A stretch of DNA of 64,000 bases from Solirubrobacterales bacterium (lineage in GTDB: Bacteria; Actinomycetota; Thermoleophilia; Solirubrobacterales; 70-9): contig DATBFS010000128.1 in assembly GCA_036558385.1 (NCBI GenBank), positions 23,732 to 87,731 of the forward strand, written 5' to 3'. The notes beneath the pieces are model-generated. The model was not told the origin of the DNA. It worked only from the letters and a program-made list of their open reading frames with translations, and searched no databases. The translations under genes were made by a program, and so were the position numbers. This document shows, in pieces, positions 46,118-57,085 of this stretch (position 1 is the first letter of the stretch; the number at the start of each line of letters is the position of its first letter).

Positions 46118-46408
46118 ATGGCCGGAGCCCCGTATGTCGTGATCGCCCTCACCTTCGGGATCGCCACGGGCGTGATCGGTCGAGCGAAGGGCAGCTCTTT
46201 GTTCATCTGGTTCCTGGTTGGCACCGTGCTGCCGCTCATCGGCCTCGTGGCCGTGATCCTCCACCGCCCGGAGACGGAGGAACCCGAGCGGCGCTGTCCC
46301 CGCTGCGGCAAGGTCCACAAGCTCTACGTGCAGGTCTGCACGCGGTGCGGCGCGGACCTGTACCTCCCCGATCCGTCGGAGGTCAGGCGCCCCAGCGCCA
46401 CCGGGTGA
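46118..46408 (+). CDS. Small membrane protein with a C-terminal zinc-ribbon (CPRC...CTRC)
   Basis: Two TM segments (APYVVIALTFGIATGVIG and LFIWFLVGTVLPLIGLVAVIL), then CPRCGKVHKLYVQVCTRCG. The start is ATG 46118, or the GTG at 46079 directly after the gatB stop. Confidence 0.55.
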   Translation: MAGAPYVVIALTFGIATGVIGRAKGSSLFIWFLVGTVLPLIGLVAVILHRPETEEPERRCPRCGKVHKLYVQVCTRCGADLYLPDPSEVRRPSATG

Positions 46409-46424
46409 GGCGCCTCGAGCCGCG

Positions 46425-46629
46425 GATGGCTGGGTAGGGGAGGCTGGGCCGGCGCCGTGCCGGGACGAGGATGGTCTGGGACGGGGTCGCTGGTGTAGGT
46501 ATCCGGCACGATCGCCAACGACCGACAACCCGCAGATGTAGGTCGTTCGCGATGGGTCTCGTGAGGGAGGGGCCGCGGCCTGTGCCGGCCTGGATGATCG
46601 GGCGGGGCGGCCGTCGCCCTACCCAGCCA

Positions 46630-46631
<2 letters not shown>
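46425..46631. repeat. 207-bp element bounded by perfect 15-bp inverted repeats, with a second internal long stem
   Basis: GATGGCTGGGTAGGG (46425-46439) is the exact reverse complement of CCCTACCCAGCCATC (46617-46631). The inner arms 46509-46523 and 46541-46555 pair at 13 of 15 positions. The element exactly fills the gap between convergent genes, and the right arm touches the GT2 stop codon. Confidence 0.6.
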
Positions 46632-48957
<2,326 letters not shown>

Positions 48958-49019
48958 CGCCGCCGGCGCCTCAGGGTCGTCGACTTGACTCCGGCCGGGG
49001 GTCGAAGTACGTTGGGACC

Positions 49020-50543
49020 GTGAACAAGCGAGCCCGACGGGAGGTGCTCGCCACATTCGGGATGTGCGCTCTCGGCGCCCTTGCGGCCGCCCCGGCGGGC
49101 GGCACGGTGCAGGGGGACTTCGACGGCGACGGGCGCGGCGACCTCGCGATCGGCGCGCCCGGCGAGAACGTCGGCGGCGGGGCGAACGCCGGCGCCGTGA
49201 CAATCGTGTACTCGGGCGCGACCGGGCTCAGGCCGCAGACCGCCAGGCTGTTCAGCGAGAACACCAAGGGCGTGCCTGGAACGCCCGGCTCGACGGATCG
49301 CTTCGGCACCGCGCTCGCCGCGGGGGACTTCGACCGCGACCACGAGGCCGACTTGGCCATCGGCGTGCCCGGCAGATCGGTCGCGGGCGAGTCGGGCGCG
49401 GGGGCCGTGGTCGTCCTGTACGGGACGAAGCATGGTCTGCGCGCCAGGGGAAGCCGGGCGTTCACCCAGAACACGAAGGAGGTGGAGGACCACGCCGAGG
49501 CTGCGGACCTCTTCGGAGGCGTGCTCGAGACGGGTGACTTCAACGGGGATGCCCGCGACGATCTGGCGGTGGGTGTCGGTCAGGCCAATCTGAACGGCGA
49601 GAACGGTGGTGCCGGCGCCGTGGAGGTCCTGTACGGCTCCGGGAAAGGCCTTCGCACCAAGGCCGACCAGCTCTGGACGCAGGACAGCCCAGGCGTCGCG
49701 GATGCCGCCGAGGGGGCGGACTTCTTCGGCGGCGCGCTGGCGAGCGGCGATCTCGGCCGCGGCAAGCGCGACGACCTCGCGATCGGCGTCCCGGCCGAGG
49801 CCCTCGCGGGCGGGTTTGCGGCGGGCGCGGTCAACGTGCTCTATGGAACGCCCAAGCGTCTGAGGGCGAAGGGCGATCAGTTCTTCAGCCAGGACGACCC
49901 AACCGAGATCGCCGGTGACGCCGAGCCGGGCGATCTCTTCGGGAGCGCCCTGACGAGCGGAGACTTCGACCACGACGGTCACGCCGATCTCGGGGTCGGC
50001 GTGCCGCGCGAGGACTTCGGCGCGGTCGACGTCGGCGCGGTGAACGTGATCTACGGCTCGGCGACGGGGCTCGTCCCCGAGGGAAACCGGGTCTTCCTTC
50101 AGGGCCAACCGGGCCTCGGCGACAGCGCGGAAGCCGGGGACATGCTCGGGTCGTCCCTCGCCAGCGGGCGCTTCGACGCGGGAAGGACCGCCGACCTGGC
50201 CGCAGGCGATCCGGGTGAGGACGCCCAGGCGGGCGGCGTCAACGTCGTCTACGGCTCGCCGACGGGGCTCGCGAGCAACGACTACACGATCATGTTCGGG
50301 GCGGCCGCCGGCGAAGGGCAGGGAGCCGCGCTCGGCGCGGGACGGTTCGGCGAGGACAGCCGCGGCGACCTCGCGGCGGGGCTGCCGGGTGACACGGGGG
50401 CGACCGGCGGGCGGATCGCCGCCTTCTACGGTCGGCCCGCAGGCCTCGGGTTCGGCGCCGTGGATTACATCGACCAGGGCGATCCCGGGATCCCGAGCGC
50501 GGGCACGGCGTTCGATCGCTTCGGGGCTGCGCTGGCACCCTAA
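49020..50543 (+). CDS. Secreted FG-GAP repeat protein (integrin-alpha-like beta-propeller)
   Basis: GTG at 49020, then a signal peptide (LATFGMCALGALAAAPAGG). There are at least 7 repeats of the pattern GDFDGDGxxDLAIGxPGE...GAVxVxYG. The upstream 227 codons of the tracked ORF are rejected. Confidence 0.8.
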   Translation: MNKRARREVLATFGMCALGALAAAPAGGTVQGDFDGDGRGDLAIGAPGENVGGGANAGAVTIVYSGATGLRPQTARLFSENTKGVPGTPGSTDRFGTALAAGDFDRDHEADLAIGVPGRSVAGESGAGAVVVLYGTKHGLRARGSRAFTQNTKEVEDHAEAADLFGGVLETGDFNGDARDDLAVGVGQANLNGENGGAGAVEVLYGSGKGLRTKADQLWTQDSPGVADAAEGADFFGGALASGDLGRGKRDDLAIGVPAEALAGGFAAGAVNVLYGTPKRLRAKGDQFFSQDDPTEIAGDAEPGDLFGSALTSGDFDHDGHADLGVGVPREDFGAVDVGAVNVIYGSATGLVPEGNRVFLQGQPGLGDSAEAGDMLGSSLASGRFDAGRTADLAAGDPGEDAQAGGVNVVYGSPTGLASNDYTIMFGAAAGEGQGAALGAGRFGEDSRGDLAAGLPGDTGATGGRIAAFYGRPAGLGFGAVDYIDQGDPGIPSAGTAFDRFGAALAP

Positions 50544-50569
50544 ATCCTCCGCCCTACAATCCGTGGCCC

Positions 50570-52249
50570 ATGAGGGCCGCCGACGCATTGTGTGAAGCGC
50601 TGAAGGCCGAGGGCGTCGAGCACGTCTTCGGGATCCCCGGCGGCGCGAACCTGCCGACCTACGACGCGATCTACGACGCGGACTTCAAGCACATCCAGGC
50701 TCGCCACGAGCAGGGCGCCGGGCACGCGGCGGAGGGATACGCGAAGGCGTCGGGCCGGGTTGGCGTGGCGTTCGCGACCTCCGGCCCGGGCGCGACAAAC
50801 CTGGTCACGGCGATCACGGACGCGATGCTGGACTCGGTCCCGACGGTGTTCATCACCGGCCAGGTGCGAACGGACCTGATCGGAACCGACGGGTTCCAGG
50901 AGGCGGACGTCACCGGGATCACGCTGCCGATCGTCAAGCACTCGTTCCTGGTCACCGATCCCCGCCAGATCCCCGAGTACATCCACGCCGCGTTCCACAT
51001 CGCCTCCACCGGGCGCCCCGGCCCGGTGCTGGTTGACATCCCGCAGGACCTCTCCCGCGCCGACATCGAGTACGAGCCGGCGGAGGGCCCGCCGGACCTG
51101 CCCGGGTACAAGCCGCCTACCGAGGGGAACATCAAGCAGATCCGCTTGGCCGCCAAGGCGCTCGCCAACGCGCAGCGGCCGGTGATCTATGCGGGCGGCG
51201 GGATCATCAACGCCGACGCGTCCCCCGAGCTAATCGAGTTCGCCACCTCCGACAAGCTCCCCGTCACCTTGACCGTGATGGGCCTCGGCGCCTTCCCGGC
51301 TCCACACGACCAGTGGCTGGGGATGCTCGGGATGCACGGCACCCGGACCGCCAACTACGCGATGGACAACGCGGACCTGATCCTCGCGATCGGCGCGCGT
51401 TTCGACGATCGGATCACGGGGAAGCTCTCCGAGTTCGCGCCGCGGGCGAAGTTCGTCCACGTCGACGTCGATCCGGCCGAGATCTCCAAGAACGTCCCGG
51501 CGCACATCCCGATCGTCGGCGACGCCAAGGACGTATTGCCGAAGCTGACCCGCGAGTACCGCGCCCTCAAGGCGGACTCGGGAAGGCTCGAGGGCTGGTG
51601 GAAGCAGATCCGCGCCTGGCAGGCCGAGTACCCGCTCGGCTATGAGGACTCGACCGACTCGGAGATCAAGCCCCAGTTCATGATCGAGGCGATGTACGAG
51701 GCCACCGAGGGCGAGGCGATCATCACCTCCGACGTCGGCCAACACCAGATGTGGGCGGCGCAGTACTACCACTTCTCGCGCCCCCGCCAGTGGATCAACT
51801 CGGGGGGCCTCGGCACGATGGGCTTCGGGCTCCCGGCGGCGATCGGGGCCAAGGTCGCGCGGCCGGACGACCCCGTCGTCTGCCTGGCCGGCGACGGCAG
51901 CCTGGTGATGGTCTGCCAGGAATTCGCCACCGCGGCCGCCCACAACATCCCGGTGAAGGTGTTCCTGATGAACAACGGCCACTTCGGCATGGTCCGCCAG
52001 TGGCAGGAGCTCTTCTGGGACGGGCGCTACTCCTCGGTGGAGATGGGCGACAGCCCGGATTGGGCCAAGCTGGCCGACGCGTTCGGGTGGACCGGCATGC
52101 GCTGCGCGGACAAGCGCGAGCTCAAGGACAGCATGCGCGCCGCGCTCGAGGCGGAGGGCCCGGTGCTGCTCGACGTCCACGTCTCGAAGACCGAGAACTG
52201 CTACCCGATGATCCCGGCTGGGGCCGCCGCCCGGGACATGGTGGGCTGA
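50570..52249 (+). CDS. ilvB: Acetolactate synthase large subunit
   Basis: GVEHVFGIPGGANLP...HEQGAGHAAEGYA...GPGATNLVT, plus the ThDP motif GGLGTMGFGLPAAIGA...GDGS...NN. Confidence 0.95.
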   Translation: MRAADALCEALKAEGVEHVFGIPGGANLPTYDAIYDADFKHIQARHEQGAGHAAEGYAKASGRVGVAFATSGPGATNLVTAITDAMLDSVPTVFITGQVRTDLIGTDGFQEADVTGITLPIVKHSFLVTDPRQIPEYIHAAFHIASTGRPGPVLVDIPQDLSRADIEYEPAEGPPDLPGYKPPTEGNIKQIRLAAKALANAQRPVIYAGGGIINADASPELIEFATSDKLPVTLTVMGLGAFPAPHDQWLGMLGMHGTRTANYAMDNADLILAIGARFDDRITGKLSEFAPRAKFVHVDVDPAEISKNVPAHIPIVGDAKDVLPKLTREYRALKADSGRLEGWWKQIRAWQAEYPLGYEDSTDSEIKPQFMIEAMYEATEGEAIITSDVGQHQMWAAQYYHFSRPRQWINSGGLGTMGFGLPAAIGAKVARPDDPVVCLAGDGSLVMVCQEFATAAAHNIPVKVFLMNNGHFGMVRQWQELFWDGRYSSVEMGDSPDWAKLADAFGWTGMRCADKRELKDSMRAALEAEGPVLLDVHVSKTENCYPMIPAGAAARDMVG

Positions 52250-52800
52250 TGGAAGCCGGGACGCCCGACCTCGTCAAGCTCGAGGACCTCGAGGCATCAC
52301 GCGCCCTGACCGGGCGAAAGCACATCCTCTCCCTCCTGGTCGAGAACAGGCCCGGCGTGCTGGCCCGCATCGCCGGCCTGTTCAGCCGCCGCGGGTTCAA
52401 CATCGACACGCTGGCGGTGGGCCCGACCGACGACCCCGACGTCTCCCGCATCACGCTGACCCTGGACGGCGCGGTGCATCCGATCGACCAGGTCACCAAG
52501 CAGCTCCACAAGCTGGTCAACGTCCTGAAGATCCGCGACATGGAGCCGGACCAGACCATCTCGCGCGAGATGGCCCTGTTCCGGGTCCAGGCGTCGGTGG
52601 AGAGCCGCGCGGAGATCATGCACTTCGCCGAGATCTTCAGGGCGAAGATCGTCGACGTGTCCCGGCGCACCCTGACCATCGAAGTGACGGGGTCGAACGA
52701 CAAGATCGACGCGTTCGAGCGCATGATCCGCCCGCATGGGCTGATCGAGATGGCCCGGACCGGCGAAGTGGCCATCTCGCGCTCCCGCCCAGACCAGTAG
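52249..52800 (+). CDS. ilvN: Acetolactate synthase small (regulatory) subunit
   Basis: The ATG overlaps the ilvB stop (TGATG). HILSLLVENRPGVLARIAGLFSRRGFNIDTLAVGPT is the ACT domain signature. Confidence 0.9.
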   Translation: MEAGTPDLVKLEDLEASRALTGRKHILSLLVENRPGVLARIAGLFSRRGFNIDTLAVGPTDDPDVSRITLTLDGAVHPIDQVTKQLHKLVNVLKIRDMEPDQTISREMALFRVQASVESRAEIMHFAEIFRAKIVDVSRRTLTIEVTGSNDKIDAFERMIRPHGLIEMARTGEVAISRSRPDQ

Positions 52801-52804
52801 TCCA

Positions 52805-52895
52805 GCCGGCGGCTGCTCCGCTCGCGTCCGCCGCCGCCGGGCTAGGGTTCCGACGTGGCGGCAGGTCCACAGTCGTGAACCGCGACTTCGTCGCT
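52805..52895 (+). repeat. Structured intergenic repeat, copy C (subfamily 2), at the ilvN/menF junction
   Basis: The stem is CCGGCGGC (52806-52813) paired with GCCGCCGG (52833-52840), with a 19-nt loop. GGCTAGGG follows, then CGGCAGGTCCACA. A 15-nt tail, CGCGACTTCGTCGCT, is identical to copy D. It overlaps the predicted menF GTG start (52875). Confidence 0.6.
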
Positions 52896-54281
52896 GGCGC
52901 GGGCGAAGCACTCGCCCGTGTCGAGGCGTCGCTGGCCGAGGCGGGAGAGGCGCGGCGGCTCGTCAGCGTCACCGCGCCGGTGGAGGTCGACGATCCCAGC
53001 GCGGCCGTCTTCGCCTCGCGGCTGGCCGGCGACCGGTGGTTCTGCTGGGAGCAGCCCGAGCGCGACGGGTTCGCGATCGCCGCGCTGGGGAGCGCGCACG
53101 AGGTCGTTTCCCGGGGGTCCGGGCGTTTCGCGGACACCGTCGAGGCCTGCGAGCGGGTCGTCCGCGACCGAATGGCCGCCGAGCCGGAGGCGTTGCCCGC
53201 CGGGGCCGGACCGGTGTGGGTGGGGGGGTTCGCGTTCGCGCCCGACGGCGGCCTCGAGCCGCAATGGTCGTCGTTCCCGCCGGCGCTTCTCGTGATGCCC
53301 GAGCTGATCCTGCACCGGGCCGGCGGCCGTACCCACCTGACGCTGTGTGTGGTCGGCGGGGCCGGCCCAAGCGCCGGGCAGGCGGTGGCGCGGTTGGGCG
53401 CCCGGCTGGCGGCGCTCACCGAGGCCCCGCTTCCCCTCGCGGACCCGCACCCGACCGCCGAGGTCCGAATCGCGAGCGCGCTGGCGCCGGAGCGTTTCGA
53501 GCACGCCGTCGCCCAGGGGGTGGACCGAATCCGGGCCGGGGCGTTGGAGAAGGTGGTCCTGGCGCGAGAGGTCGTCGTCGAGGCGCCTCGGGCGCACGAT
53601 CCGGCTGCGCTGTACGGGGCGCTGCGGGAGGAGTTTCCGTCGTGCTTCTGCTTCTGCTGCGGCTCGCCGGAGGCGGCCTTTCTGGCGGCCAGCCCCGAGC
53701 TCCTGGTGCGCCGTTCCGGGGCGAGCGCGGCGACCGTGGCCCTGGCCGGCTCGACCCGGCGCAGCGCCGATCCGTCCGTGGACGATCACCTCGGTGAGCA
53801 GCTCCTGCGCTCCGCCAAGGACCGCGGCGAGCACGAGATCGTGGTGCGCCGCATCGAGCGGGAGCTTGGCCCGTATTCCGTTTGGGTCGAGGCGGCGCCC
53901 GAGCCGGGCCTGGTGAAGGTGGCGAACATCCAGCATCTGGCCACGCCCATCCACGCCCAGCTCTCGGAGCCTCGCTCCGCGGTCGAGCTGGCCGCGCTCC
54001 TGCACCCGACGCCCGCCGTCGGCGGTGAGCCCCGCGACCGGGCGCTCACGGTGATCGATCAGCTCGAGGGGCTCGATCGGGGGTGGTACGCCGGGCCGGT
54101 TGGATGGATGGACACGGCCGAGGACGGCGAGTTCTGCGTCGCGATCCGCTCGGCGCTCTTGCGGGATCGCACGGCCCACCTGTTCGCGGGCAACGGCATC
54201 GTGGCCGACTCGAAGCCCGAGGCCGAGCTCGCCGAAACCGAGGTCAAGCTGAGCGCGCTCCTCCCGGCCCTCGCCGGGTAG
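52875..54281 (+). CDS. menF: Isochorismate synthase
   Basis: The chorismate-binding domain is GGFAFAP...LHPTPAVGGEPRDRAL..IDQLEGLDRGWYAGPVGW...CVAIRSAL. It sits in a men gene context. The start is uncertain because the first 7 codons lie inside a repeat. Confidence 0.8.
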   Translation: MNRDFVAGAGEALARVEASLAEAGEARRLVSVTAPVEVDDPSAAVFASRLAGDRWFCWEQPERDGFAIAALGSAHEVVSRGSGRFADTVEACERVVRDRMAAEPEALPAGAGPVWVGGFAFAPDGGLEPQWSSFPPALLVMPELILHRAGGRTHLTLCVVGGAGPSAGQAVARLGARLAALTEAPLPLADPHPTAEVRIASALAPERFEHAVAQGVDRIRAGALEKVVLAREVVVEAPRAHDPAALYGALREEFPSCFCFCCGSPEAAFLAASPELLVRRSGASAATVALAGSTRRSADPSVDDHLGEQLLRSAKDRGEHEIVVRRIERELGPYSVWVEAAPEPGLVKVANIQHLATPIHAQLSEPRSAVELAALLHPTPAVGGEPRDRALTVIDQLEGLDRGWYAGPVGWMDTAEDGEFCVAIRSALLRDRTAHLFAGNGIVADSKPEAELAETEVKLSALLPALAG

Positions 54282-54295
54282 CGGCGAAGCTTCGC

Positions 54296-55243
54296 TCAGT
54301 CCTCGCTCACCAGGTCGACCGCGGTCCCGTCCTGCCAGAGGGCCAGCTCGTCCGGATCTGCGAACGGGGGCCCGGCCGACCGCTGTCGCTCGACGTAGGC
54401 GCGCATCGCCCGTCTCGCTGCCGGTCGGGAGACCGTGGCCATGAACCACCGGCGCTCCTCCGCGAGGCCCTCGGGCAGCGACTTCGAACCGCCGTCGAGG
54501 ACCGCCCGCTTGGCGGCCGCCACCGAGAGCGGCGCGCGCCGCGCGAGACGCTCCGCGGCCGCGGCCACCGCCTCGGAGAGCTCGGGGTCGGGGACCACGC
54601 GGTGGACGAGGCCCAGCTCGTGCGCCTCAACGGGGCTCAGGGCGCGAGCCTCGAGGACCATCTCCAGCGCTCGCGAGGGGCCGACGATCCGCGACAGCCG
54701 CTGCGTCCCGCCGGCGCCGGGGCAGAAGCCCAGCGTCACCTCGGGGAGACCGAACCGGCCGGCCCCCTCGGCCATGTAGCGAAGGTCGCAGGCAAGCGAG
54801 AGCTCACAGCCGCCGGCGAGCGCCGGCCCGTTGATCGCGGCGATGAACACCTTGTCCATCCGCTGCATGCGCAGGAACGCATCGTGGATTCGCTGTAGCT
54901 CCAGGAGGCCCGAGGCCGGCGTTCGCTGGAGTGCTGCGCGAGCGCCGGGAAGCCGCGCCACGCCGCCGACCGTCTGCAGGGAGGCGCCAGCGACGCCGGC
55001 GGACAGGCTGCGCCCGACGCCTTCCGACCCGGCGAGGATCTCCGCGACGTCGTAGTGGGTGATGAAGAGCCCCTCGGGCTTTCCCGTGAGGACCACGCTG
55101 CCCACCGAGCGCTCGCTCTCGAGGGCGTCGAGCAGGTCGTCGAGCTCGGCCACCATCACGCGATCCATGAGATTGAGAGGCGGGTTGTCGAAACGCACGG
55201 TCAGGACTCGGCCCTCGCGCTCGGTCTCGAATGTCCGTGCCAT
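54296..55243 (-). CDS. Enoyl-CoA hydratase/isomerase (crotonase) family protein
   Basis: RVLTVRFDNPPLNLMD...VVLTG...FIAAINGPALAGGCELSLACDLR is the crotonase fold with oxyanion-hole region. A roughly 60-aa C-terminal extension is present. Confidence 0.8.
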   Translation of the reverse strand: MARTFETEREGRVLTVRFDNPPLNLMDRVMVAELDDLLDALESERSVGSVVLTGKPEGLFITHYDVAEILAGSEGVGRSLSAGVAGASLQTVGGVARLPGARAALQRTPASGLLELQRIHDAFLRMQRMDKVFIAAINGPALAGGCELSLACDLRYMAEGAGRFGLPEVTLGFCPGAGGTQRLSRIVGPSRALEMVLEARALSPVEAHELGLVHRVVPDPELSEAVAAAAERLARRAPLSVAAAKRAVLDGGSKSLPEGLAEERRWFMATVSRPAARRAMRAYVERQRSAGPPFADPDELALWQDGTAVDLVSED

Positions 55244-55270
55244 CTGTGTTGCCTCCTTGGTGTTGTCGGT

Positions 55271-57022
55271 TCAGGCGCCGCGGGGGGCGCCCAGGGCCTC
55301 GGCGACCCGCGCGGCCACCCGCTCGTGGAGCTCGACGTTTCGCCGGCGGTCGACCGGGATCTCGATCAGGCACGTCTCGCGGCCCGCCTGCTCGAGCTGG
55401 CCGAGGTCGTCCACGCGCGCGTGGGGGACCCCGTGGATCGCGGCGACCTTCGCGGGATCGATCCCGAGAGGGGTGCCCAGCAGCGCCTCGAACTCGTCGC
55501 GCTCGATCTGAGCGGCCTGCGGCAGGAACTCGAAGATGCCCCCGCCGTCGTTGTTCAGGACGACGATCCGAACCGGGACGGTGACGTGGCGAAGCGCGGC
55601 CAGCCCGTTCATGTCGTGAAAGAGCCCCAGGTCTCCGGTGACGATCCACGCGGGGCGCCCGCTGGCCGCAGCGGCCCCGAGTCCGGACGAGATCAGGCCG
55701 TCGATCCCGTTCACGCCTCGATTGCACAGGAACCTGGCCCGTGCGGGGCCGCTCGGGACGAATCCCTCCTGATCGCGGATCGGCATCGACGAGGCCGTGT
55801 AGACGAGGTCGCCGTCGCGGTAGAGCCGAGAGAGCTCCGCGTGGGCCCCGGGCTCAGTCGCCTCCGCTGTCGACGCCAGCTCCGAGTCGATCGCCTCGGC
55901 GGCGCGCCTGCCCGCGGCGAGCCACGCATCCCGCCACGTGGGGTCGCCCCCGCCGAGCCGGGTGGCCAGTGCCGCCGCGACCGACGACGCGTCGGCACGG
56001 ACGATCGTCTCCGCCGTGCCGGTCGGCTCGTTCCAGCCGAAGGCAGGATCGACGACGACCTGCCGCAGGTCGGGCAGGGAGGCCAGCCACTGCCGAAGGG
56101 CCTTGCTGGTCGGCATGTCGCCGAAGCGGATCACCGCCTCGGGCGCGAGCGCCGCCGGGCGCGAGCGCGCGATCCAGTCGTAGGGCCAGACGACGAGGTC
56201 CCGTTCGTGTCCACCGAGACGGAGCTGGGAGGTCGGCTCCGCGAGGATCGGGTACCCGGCCGCCGAGGCGAGCGCGGCTACGGGCGCGGCCAGCCGCTCG
56301 TCCGGCTGGCGGCCGCACAAGATGAGCCCGCGCGGCGAGTTGCCCACGCGGTCTGCGATCTCGTCGAGCAGTGCCTCCTCGGCCGGGGCGGGGCCGGCGG
56401 CCACCGCCGAGAGCGGCCGCTCGCCCCGACCCTCCAAAGCGAGCGGCGAGCTCGCCGTGACGTCCTCCGGATGGGGCTCGGGGCCGAGCGGGTCGCGAAA
56501 TGCCACGTTGAGCTGCACCGGGCCCGGCCGGGGCTCACCGCGCGCCGCCGCATGGGCGCGGCACGCAACCGAGCGGAGGTGGAGGAGCCCCGCGTCGTCG
56601 GCATCGTGCATTCCGACCTCGCGGAACCACCGCACCGCTTCGCCGTAGAGCTTCAGCTGGTCGATGGTCTGCCCGGCTCCGATCCCGCGCAGCTCCGGTG
56701 GCCTGTCGGCGGTCAGCGCGATCAGGGGCACGGCGGCCTCGTCCGCCTCGCAGATGGCGGGATGAAGGTTGGCCGCCGCCGTTCCCGAGGTGCACAGGAT
56801 CGCGGTCGGATGGCCGCTCGCCTGGGCCGCCCCAAGCGCGAAGAAACCCGCGGAGCGCTCGTCCACGATCACGGTGGCCTCGATCGCCGGCTGGCGCCAC
56901 AGCGCGAGCGCCAACGGCGTTGAGCGGGAACCGGGGGAGATGACGGCGTGTCGGACGCCGCAGCGCGCCAGCTCCTCGACCATCGCCGACGCGAGCGCGG
57001 TGTTCCTGTTGGTTGGGTCCAC
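55271..57022 (-). CDS. menD: 2-succinyl-5-enolpyruvyl-6-hydroxy-3-cyclohexene-1-carboxylate (SEPHCHC) synthase
   Basis: N-terminal ALASAMVEELARCGVRHAVISPGSRSTPLALAL and the ThDP-binding GDLGLFHDMNGL...NNDGGGIF. It sits in a men context. Confidence 0.9.
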   Translation of the reverse strand: MDPTNRNTALASAMVEELARCGVRHAVISPGSRSTPLALALWRQPAIEATVIVDERSAGFFALGAAQASGHPTAILCTSGTAAANLHPAICEADEAAVPLIALTADRPPELRGIGAGQTIDQLKLYGEAVRWFREVGMHDADDAGLLHLRSVACRAHAAARGEPRPGPVQLNVAFRDPLGPEPHPEDVTASSPLALEGRGERPLSAVAAGPAPAEEALLDEIADRVGNSPRGLILCGRQPDERLAAPVAALASAAGYPILAEPTSQLRLGGHERDLVVWPYDWIARSRPAALAPEAVIRFGDMPTSKALRQWLASLPDLRQVVVDPAFGWNEPTGTAETIVRADASSVAAALATRLGGGDPTWRDAWLAAGRRAAEAIDSELASTAEATEPGAHAELSRLYRDGDLVYTASSMPIRDQEGFVPSGPARARFLCNRGVNGIDGLISSGLGAAAASGRPAWIVTGDLGLFHDMNGLAALRHVTVPVRIVVLNNDGGGIFEFLPQAAQIERDEFEALLGTPLGIDPAKVAAIHGVPHARVDDLGQLEQAGRETCLIEIPVDRRRNVELHERVAARVAEALGAPRGA

Positions 57023-57085
57023 CGGCGCGAACCGTACTGGGCGGGTGAAGCGGCCTGGGTAAGAGCTGGGGAATGCCCCGCGGGG

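Noticed and set aside
55055-56923. A 622-aa plus-strand ORF opposite menD, and similar ORFs (14058..15455, 14554..15801, 25612..26943, 44405..46528, 48954..50588, 42870..44042)
   Set aside because: All overlap confidently identified genes on the other strand or in another frame. All translate to low-complexity Arg/Pro/Gly-rich sequence. I treat them as GC-driven artefacts.
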